Positions 55,365-64,000 of a DNA stretch of 64,000 nucleotides are shown here, in pieces. The translations under genes and the position numbers were made by a program. Origin of the DNA: Azolla caroliniana (lineage: Eukaryota; Plantae; Polypodiophyta); NCBI GenBank assembly GCA_043228905.1, contig JBHGNT010000006.1, positions 16,616,001-16,680,000 of the forward strand, given 5' to 3'. Position 1 is the first letter of the stretch. Each line of letters opens with the position of its first letter. The notes below the pieces were generated by a model. It saw nothing but the letters and a program-made list of their open reading frames with translations. It had not been told where the DNA came from and made no database searches.

Positions 55365-58300
55365 TGTTGGGAATTCGATCCCTCCGGATGGTTCTGGGGC
55401 GAGCCGGATTCAGGGACATATTTGTAAGTATGTTTCTAGTGTGTCTGTCATAGCCATATTTGTAAATAATCGTAAAGTCATATCAGTATAAATATGACTT
55501 AGGGCAATCACTTTTAATATGTAGTTGTTGTTATCCTAAGCTTTGTTGTACAGAGAGAGGCAGAGAGAGCGAGATAGGAACAGAAAGTAATTTCTGTTGT
55601 AACCGCCGGTTGGCAAAGATATAGAGCTCGAGGTCATTGCCTCTGAGTCTCGCATTGTATCCTTCCTCTCATAGTGATAGTTGGAGTCTGTGGGCTCCCA
55701 TGGTTTTTCCCTATTAGGGTTTTCCACGTTAACATCTTGTGTCTGTCTTATTTCTATTTTTTGCTTTCTTCCATAGAGTGATTAAGACTCGGTTGTGGCC
55801 AAGTGCTATTCCGCACAAACTAGTATCAAAGCAAAGGTTCTACGTCTTGAAGAAAATGGAAGAGTCATTCGGAAGCATGTTCAAGCTCACCGGCTCCAAC
55901 TACCCAATGTGGAAGTCGAAGATAAGGGACATGCTCATGGTCAAAGATCTTTGGTTGCCGATATAGTTTGGGGACAAGAAACCGGACAAGATCGATGCCA
56001 CGACGTGGGAGGTGATGCATATGAAGATGGTGGCATAACTTAGATGCTTCATCAACATGAGCTTGTACAACAACTTCAATGAAGAAAGTAAGGCTCATGT
56101 GCTCTGGGAGAAAATTGGTACCATGCTAGAGAGTAAAAACGTCGTAAATCGGGTGTCGGTATTCTGAAAGTTAGTGAGACTCCAATACCAAGATGGATCC
56201 AGCATGGCGGAGCACATGAATGCACTCCAGGGCTCATAAATCAAACAACCTCATTGGAAGTACCTCTTGCCGACAAGGTACTTGTGTTGCTCTTGCTCGG
56301 ATCGCCTCCCGGACAGTTGGGAGATGCTAGTTGTCACCTTGGGCAATGCCGGGCCGGAAGGAAAATAATTGTCCCTAGGAAGGGTAAAATCTAGCTTGCT
56401 GGATGAAGAAGCTCGTCGGAAGGACCGGGAGTCCAAAACTGATCCGAAGGCCTTGTTCACGGAAGATAACCATAACTGGGGAAGAGGCTGGAATAGGAGT
56501 CCCCAAAACCGAGACAAGTCGGGGACAAGGTCGAAGTCAAGGGGGAGGCCCAGTTGCTTTTATTGCGGAAAGTCGGGGCACTTCCAGAAGAATTGCCGAC
56601 ACATCCGGAAGTAGAAAGGAACCAAAAATGCCAACTCAAAGAAGGATCTGGACCGGAGGAGTTCGGATCGGAAAGGAACGTCGGCAATCGTGACAAGTGA
56701 AGAAGAACTGATGTTAATCACCGGGGAGAGTGAGATGCATCTTGTCAGCGACGAAACGACCAGGGTGGTCGATTCCGGAGCGTCGTTCCACCTGACTCCT
56801 GACCAGAAGTGCTTCTCATCGTACAATGTCGGAGATCACGGTTCTGTCCAGATGGGAAATAAAGGTGCATGCCGAATTGTCGGCAGAGGAGAGGTGTTGT
56901 TGATGACATCAACCGGGTGCAAGTTGTTGTTGAAGGATGTCTGACATGTTCTGGAGGTTCGATTAAACCTAACATCAACCGGTTGTCTAGATAATGAAGG
57001 CTACACGGAACGGAGTCATGAAGTTCAACAAAGGAAGCCTGATGCCTGCCTGGATATGCCGGGAGGAAGTCAACATGGCATCTGAAAATGCCGGTGAGCT
57101 GTGGCACAAGAGGTTGTGCCACATGTGCCACCTACGAAGATAACCTCATTTTGGAGGTGAAAGACGTGCATCTTGAGAAGTGCACCGATTGCTTGGCTGA
57201 CAAGCAGAACCGAACCTCTTTCCGGTTGAAACCACCATCAAGACGGAATGCACCACTAGAACTTGTGCATACCGATGTATGCCAAGTAGACACGAAGTCA
57301 CATGCCGGATCGCAGTATTTCGTGACATTAATAAACGACCATAGCCGAAAGTTGTGGGTCTCACCGCTGAACACGAAGGACCGAGTATTATCTGTCTTCA
57401 AGGAATTCCACGCGAGAGTGGAAAGGGAAACCGGCCGGAAGCTGAATGTAGTTAGAATGGACAACGGAGGAGAATACAGGGTTTACTTCAAGGAGTACTG
57501 ACGGTCGAAAGGGGGCCAACTCAAATTCAACATGCCGAAGACAGCGGAGCTAAACAGATTGGCAAAAAGAATGAAATGAACCATACTGGAGAGAGTTCGG
57601 AGCATGCTTGCACATGCTAAGTTGTCCAAGACATTTTGGCCTAAGGCGTTGATGACGACGACCTATGTGATTAACAAATCACCCTTAGCACCCTTGGACG
57701 GAGACACGCCACAAAGAGTATGGACCGGTAAAGATGTGTCTTACCAGCATCTGAAGGTGTTCGGTTGTCTCGCTTACGTGCATGTTTAAAAGTAGAAGAG
57801 AGCAAAGTTGGATCCGAAGTCCCGCCCATGCATATTCCTTGGATACGGAGATGATGAGTTCGGATATCAAGTATGGGACTTGGACGACAAGAAGGTCTTC
57901 TAGAGTCGTGACATAGTCTTCATGGAAGACAAGACCATTGCCGAATGGGAGTCGGAAAAGAAGATCATGAACTCTGGGTCGACCAATAGAGATCAGTCAG
58001 AAGATGCAAGGATATATCCAGTTGGAAGCCAGATGCCAGCCAAAGACCATGATGAACCAGCCAGATTCGGACAAGAGATTGAACTGATCGAAGAAGAAGA
58101 AGATTTGGAGACTGGAACTGGACAAGACCCCGAATCAGATTCGGATGAAGAACAGACAGAGGAACTGGTGGATGTGAACCAAGGAAGAAGATACCCTTTG
58201 AGAGAGAGCAGGCTCCTCGGAGATTTTCGTATGCAGAGCATATGCTATTGACCCACAAGGAGGAGCCAGAAAGCTTCGAAGAAGCAAAGAAAGACACCCA

Positions 58301-59259
58301 CAACCCACAAGTGGTTAAGTGCCATGCAGGATGAGATGGATTCCCTACATGAGAACCACACATATGAATTGACGGAGCTGCCGAAAGGAAAGAGAGCACT
58401 CCGAAACAAGTGGGTGTACAAGCTAAAACCGGGAGACGCCGGAAATCCACCAAGGTACAAAGCCTGCATTGTGGTGAAGGGCTTCCAACATAAGAAAGGA
58501 GTGGACTTCGATGAGATCTTTTCCTTGATAGTAAAGATGACATCCATCCGGACGGTGTTGAGCATAGCAACAAGCATGGACCTCGAGGTCGAGCAATTAG
58601 ATGTCAAGACGGCGTTCCCGCATGGTGACCTCGAAGAAGAGATCTACATGCAACAACCAGAGGGATTTGTCAAGAAAGGGAAGGAGCACCTGGTATGCCG
58701 GTTGAAGAAGAGCTTATACAGACTAAAGCAAGCTCCCCGACGATGTTACCGGAAGTTCGACTCCTTCATGACTAACCAAGGATACCACAAGATGCAGGCC
58801 GACCATTTTGTATTTGTGAAGAAGTTTGATAGAGGAGACTTCCTGATACTTCTGCTATATGTGGATGACATGTTGACCGTCAGACCGGACCGAACCAAAA
58901 TCGGGAATATAAAGAAAGCCTTGAACCAGACTTTCTCAGTGAAAGATTTAAGTATGGTGTGATGGATATTGGGGATGCACATAGTCTAGGACCAGACGAA
59001 GAAGCTATTGTGGCTATCATAGGAGAAGTACGTGATGAAGGTGCTCCAATGGTTCAGCATGACGGATGTGAAGCCAGTCGGATCGACACTTTCGACAAAT
59101 TGCAAGCTATCTAGAAAACAAAGTCCGAAGACAAAGATGGAGAAGTCAGAGATGATGAAGGTACCATAATGCCTCCGCCATCGGAAGCTTGATGTACACA
59201 ACGGTGTGTACCTGGCCAGATATCGGATATGCAATCCAAGTGGTCAACCAGTTCATGAG
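55365..59259 (+). mobile_element. Decayed Ty1/copia, Tnt1/Tork-like (5' LTR 55365-55817, gag-PR-INT-RT)
   Basis: Degenerate Met PBS TAGTATCAAAGC; MEESFGSMFKLTGSNYPMWK; CFYCGKSGHFQKNC; VVDSGASFH; LELVHTDV; LLLYVDDM. Confidence 0.87.
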
Positions 59260-59351
59260 TGTAAAGAATCGGGTGGATTCTGTGCAGCGAAAGAATTGTG
59301 TGTGTGTGTGTGTGTAGAGAGAGAGAGAAAGAAAGAAAGAAAGAAAGGTAT

Positions 59352-60795
59352 ATTAATGTCTTCTAGAGACAAATGGTTTACAACAAAAAAATGGGATATT
59401 TACCCATTCATTGAAAGTAAAAAATAAAAATAGAAATAGAGTTTTAAGTTAAATAGTTCTAGTAAAATAACAAACATGTTCTACAATGAAAATAATGTTA
59501 TACGAGGCCTAATTTCATTTCCATCCAAGTCTCTCGAAGAGAAGCGGGAGGTCAAAGGGTTTCGATGTGGATGTGGCCCGTGGCCCCAATGTAAAAGGTA
59601 CCCCAACCATAGCTTCTAGTCGACGTAGCTCACGTTCCCTTATCTTCTTAATCCTTTCTACTTCGTGTTGACTTGTTTTGAAGCCCAACATCCGAGGGCG
59701 TTTGATTGTTCTTTGCATTTCGGCTTCCTCAAGAGAGAGGCCGAGTGGCGTAAGTGTATCCACATTCATCGTCTCCCCTTGTTCCTGAAAAATTACACTA
59801 GTTACAAGTTGATGAATAGGAAAAGGGTTATGGTTAACACTTTGTAATTTGTTCTCCCTATGTTGTTTTAGCTCTAAGATATACCTACCTAGTCTCTTTA
59901 CATCCGGGGTATCTAATACTTTGGAGAGGGTACTAATATGTCTTGGTATTCCACTTGTATCTCGGCATAAGTTGGGCACTTGCATGTGAAGTGATACTCA
60001 TCCTCTATCTCTATGTGGCACAACCTACATAGTTTTTCCTCTCTAGGGACTCTATTAGCCCGACCATTCTCAATCTCAAGTTGGTGAGATGATATCCTAA
60101 GTTGTTCAATGGCCACCCTTAGTGCATTTGATAAGAATGTATCTAGATATCTTGGTCGTGTAATAAATGTTAGCCAGCCGGCAAGGAGTGGAGGACAATC
60201 CAGAATGTGAAAGGGCAGGAATTATCGGAAGCTGTTATTAGAATAATTAGTAATTAAGTATATTTTGAGAAGTGAACGGACGGACCGGAATCAGTATGCC
60301 GATCCGGATCCGGACCGGTTCATATCAGTGTGCCGGTTGGCACTGTTTTGTATGCAGAGCCGATGATCTATAAAAGGGTCTGGTTACATTGTAAATCACG
60401 ACGGATAATTAATAAAGCTCTATTGTCTTATCTCTGTGTATTGATTACCGTTCTATGCTATCACTTTCTATCTTACGTGTGTGTTAAGATTCATGCTATG
60501 TTTCTTAAGTAGCCGATAAAGGCTTGATCAATCGTTAGTCTAAGTTACCTCGCCGTAGCACCCTTTGGTGAAGTGTCTTCCGTAGACACCTTGTGTTAGG
60601 CTATTGTCCGGCCCTTAGGAGTAACAATAAAACCTAACTGAGAGAAGTGCAAGAAGTGTTTCTTATAGTACAACATTTTAGATGGGAGTGGCTCTCGTGG
60701 GGTGATCCATTTATATCGAGTGTAAATTTGCCATATTTCTTGGTGTATCACTTTATTACGGTCTTCATGAGATATTAGAGTTCAGCTCACCATTA
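59352..60795 (-). mobile_element. 5'-truncated LINE (RTEX-like ORF2 C-terminus)
   Basis: PRYL...QLRISSHQLEIENGR...REEKLCRLCH...EDEYHFTCKCPTYAEI; reading is restored across the solo LTR; boundaries approximate. Confidence 0.78.
60168..60626 (+). mobile_element. Solo LTR with TSD ATAAA
   Basis: TGTTA...TAACA; ATAAA at 60163-60167 and 60627-60631; TATAAAAGGG near 60369. Confidence 0.85.
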
Positions 60796-63465
60796 CAGAA
60801 AAATCAGAAAACTGTATTACAAGGAAGCAAGAATGACCAACAATTACAAAGAGAGGGAGGAGGTGCTTATATAGTCACTTTCTCTCTAAGTTCTCTCACT
60901 ATTACCGCCTCTTGGGAAAGAGGTCATGTCTTAACTACTTAAAGAATATGTGTAATAGGACATTAACTTCTATGACACACTAGTTACTATACAAGGAAGT
61001 GGGGTGTTCTCATACTTGAGTATCCTGGAGTGTGTTCCCACTCACGGCAAGTTGAGTTTGATTCTCAACACGCCCCTTCAAACACAACTTTCGGTCGTCG
61101 GATTGTCGGATGGTTGGTTCGGATTGTTTTCAGCTTCGAATGGTTGGTATACTCCTACCCTGGTATACTACTACTGCTCCTTACTCCCCCTCAAGCTCGG
61201 TTGGTCGATGGTCGAAAGACCCAAGTCGGTTGTGAACTGCTGCAACTTGTCAACTCCCAGAGCTTTGGTGAAGATGTCGGTCGTCTCCATGTTTGTGCTG
61301 ATGTATTGTAGGTCGACATCCCCATCCAGAACACGCTCTCGGATGAAGTGATATTGCAATTCGATGTGCTTAGTTCGAGCATGGAAGACTGGGTTCCGAG
61401 CAAGGTGAATACTGCTCATGTTGTCGTAATAGAGGAGAATCGGATCCTTGACGGGAACACCCGGATCCTTCAAGATTCTCTTGAACGAAACAGCTTCGCA
61501 TGCGGCTACGGCCGCACCCCTTTATTCGGCTTCGGTGCTTGACAGTGTGATTGTCGGTTGTTTCTTACTACTCCATGATATGGCGCCACTACTGAGAGAA
61601 AGACAAATCCGGATGTCGATCGTCGGTCGGCTCAGTAGCCGACCCAATCGGCATCAGTATAACCTTCGAGTCGTGTATCAGTGTGGCCGATTTGTAAAGG
61701 ATGCTAAAATCCATGGTTCCATTCACATACCTTAGCACTCTCTTAACACAATTGAGATGGATGTCTCGCAGAGTTTGCATAAACTGGCTAAGGAGGTCGA
61801 CCGGGTAACTCACGTCGGGTCGGGTAATTGTGAGGTAGATGAGGCTTCCGACTAGTTGACGATAATGCATCGGCTCACACTCTCTAGTGCCTGAGTCAAC
61901 ATCTGGCTTTACATTTCAATCAAGAGGAGTAGTGACGGGCTTACACTGTGTCATCCCAAACTTGTAAAGAAGATTAAGGGTATAGTGCTTTTGAGAAAGC
62001 ATGATGCCGTTTGGAGTCCGAATTACTTCTATTCCTAGAAAGTAATGGAGCTCCTTCATATCCGTCATTTCGAATTGGCTAGAGAGGAGCTTCTTGATGT
62101 CCTCAATATCCGCTAAATGCTCTCCTCCTATGACCAAATCATCCACATAAATGATGATAAATACCTGTCCTCTGGCGTCGCTCCGGATGAACAGAGAGTT
62201 GTCAGACTTGGACATGTTGAAGCCGATTTAATGAAGATATTGCGTTATCTTCGAATGCCATGTTCGCGGTGCTTGCTTCAAGCCATAGAGAGGCTTTTTG
62301 AGTCGGTAGACAGCAATTGGATGTGTAGTTGACACGAATCCAGGTGGTTGTACCATGTACACCTCTTCGTCTAACTATCCTTGTAGAAAGGTGTTCTTTA
62401 TGTCCATTTGGTGGATGTGCCACCCTTTTGTTGTTGCAAGCGCAATCACGGTTCAAATTGTAGTCATCTTTCCTATCGGGCCAAAGTCTCTTCATAGTCG
62501 ACACCATGCGTTTGCACAAACCCCTTTGCCACAAGCCAAGCCTTGTACCGATGGAAAATGCCGTCGGCATTATGCTTTATCTTGAAGATCCACCGGCATC
62601 CAATTGCCTTTTGGTGGTTTGATGAAGGGACGAGATCCCATGTCTCGTTCTTGGAGAGTGCTTACATCTCCTCATCCATCGCTTTGACCCATCTAGGGTC
62701 GTTGGGGGCTTCGGAATAGTTTTCTGGTTCTCGGACTGTCGACACCCTCATCATGAATGCTAATTGATATGCCATGTAGTCGTTGTAGCCGAATCGGCTA
62801 ACTACGTTCTTTTCTCGGGTGGATCGATGTGGTTCTCTTGTTGGCCTCATGATGGGCACATCCAATCTACCAAACTCACTATTGGATAAGTGAGTAGATT
62901 CATTTCCAACTGAGTCTTCGTACTCAAGCATTTTGGCCTTTCCTTTGTCCTGTTTCAGACTCAGTCGCGACGTGCTTTGCTCGTTTGGAGGCTCTTGTGG
63001 TCCACTCAACCTGGTTGAGATTAGAATTTCCTCTAATGTGAACCTCGGTTGATCATCCTCCTCCACATCTGTGTCGAACTCGGTTTCCATTGTGTCGGAT
63101 GGAGATGATTCGACTATATACCAGTATGTTGACTCGTCGAATACTACATCCTTACTCACTCATACCTTCTTGGTGGAAGGGTTGAAGCAGTTATACCCTT
63201 TTTGCTCGAGTGAGTACCCTACGAGTATACATTTCTTTGACTTGAGATCGAGCTTCTGCTATAGGTTGTCGGGAATATGTACATATGTAATTGAACCAAA
63301 TATCCATAGCTCCAGTTTCTTCCCATAGAACTTTTCACAGGGGGCAACTTCGTGCACTCCTGATGTTGTGCAACGATTCATCAGATAAACGGCCATATTC
63401 ACTGCTTCAACCCAATATGACTTTGGCAAATGTTTCTCGTTCATCGTTGCCCTTTCCACCTCGAG

Positions 63466-63965
63466 TATTTCCTGATGGTGTCGAAATCCATCCAGTTTTT
63501 CATGGAAGTCGTCTAAAAGAATTGCTTGGTTCTGGCGATAGTATAGTTACAACTGAAACTCTAGTTACTTCTAAAGATTTAGCTTCTAAACCACATGTAC
63601 CAGAGAGAATTTTCAATGTTAAAACGAAACATTTGCATTCTAAAATATTCCGAGAATTTAAAATTAAATGGATGGATAAGTCTATAGAGATGCTACATGG
63701 GAATGAGAAAATACGCTTAAAACTAACTTCCCTAACTTTTCATTGCAAGAGTCTGACCATAAATATAAGGCCTAACTACCATTTTGATACATTGTCGACT
63801 ACGTCGAGACTCCGACCTTGTGGTGATCAACTCTTGTAGCGAGCGCATCAGTACTAGGTACAGGTCGATGCCACGACGGTGGTATGGGACGCTGATAGAG
63901 GCTCTAGTCCATCTCGATCCCTTTGATCGGGGGTGGTCGGGTGGATTGGCACCCTTCTTTCTCTC
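63466..63965 (+). mobile_element. Diverged fragment of the 9710 chromovirus family (chromodomain + partial LTR)
   Basis: [17 protein letters not shown]...KPHVPERI matches ~15970-16250; 63760-63965 matches the LTR R region; PPT and U3 are deleted. Confidence 0.85.
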
Positions 63966-64000
63966 TTGTTGATGGGTGGAATGGCTCCACCCCCCTATCA

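Larger units (their letters stand above)
59260..63455 (-). mobile_element. Ty1/copia 3' half (same LTR family as 29030); 3' LTR 59260-61070 split by a LINE
   Basis: Sense LTR start TGTTGAGAATCAAACTCAAC (61070) and end CCCGATTCTTTACA (59260) match the 29030 LTR; RNase H, RT (YVDD) and INT pieces at 61171-63459. Confidence 0.85.

Noticed and set aside
63967-64000. Start of another LTR (TGTTGATGG)
   Set aside because: Only 34 nt visible; cannot be supported.

Overview
TE-dense land-plant genomic DNA; a non-seed plant is likely given the fungal-type Ty3 elements and RTEX-like LINE, but this is inference. The one host gene is a 20-exon MSP1/ATAD1-family AAA+ ATPase (18917-26057, about 859 aa). 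Almost all the rest is nested retrotransposons: an intact recent chromovirus with apparently identical LTRs (9710-16731), a decayed Tf1/Tcn1-type Ty3 element with a self-priming PBS and a heat-shock-element array, several Ty1/copia elements, solo LTRs, a LINE 3' end and a hAT-like MITE. The most striking signal is a tRNA-Trp-primed Ty3/gypsy lineage seen as five pieces (three coding, two gag-only). All four readable insertion flanks are CpG-centred (NCGN, one confirmed 4-bp TSD). The coding copies share a G_GAU_UUU -1 frameshift site with a covarying pseudoknot after the protease and a DHG protease motif. The LTRs share a U5 motif complementary to the tRNA-Trp T-arm. All analysis was by eye; no folding, alignment or database search was run.
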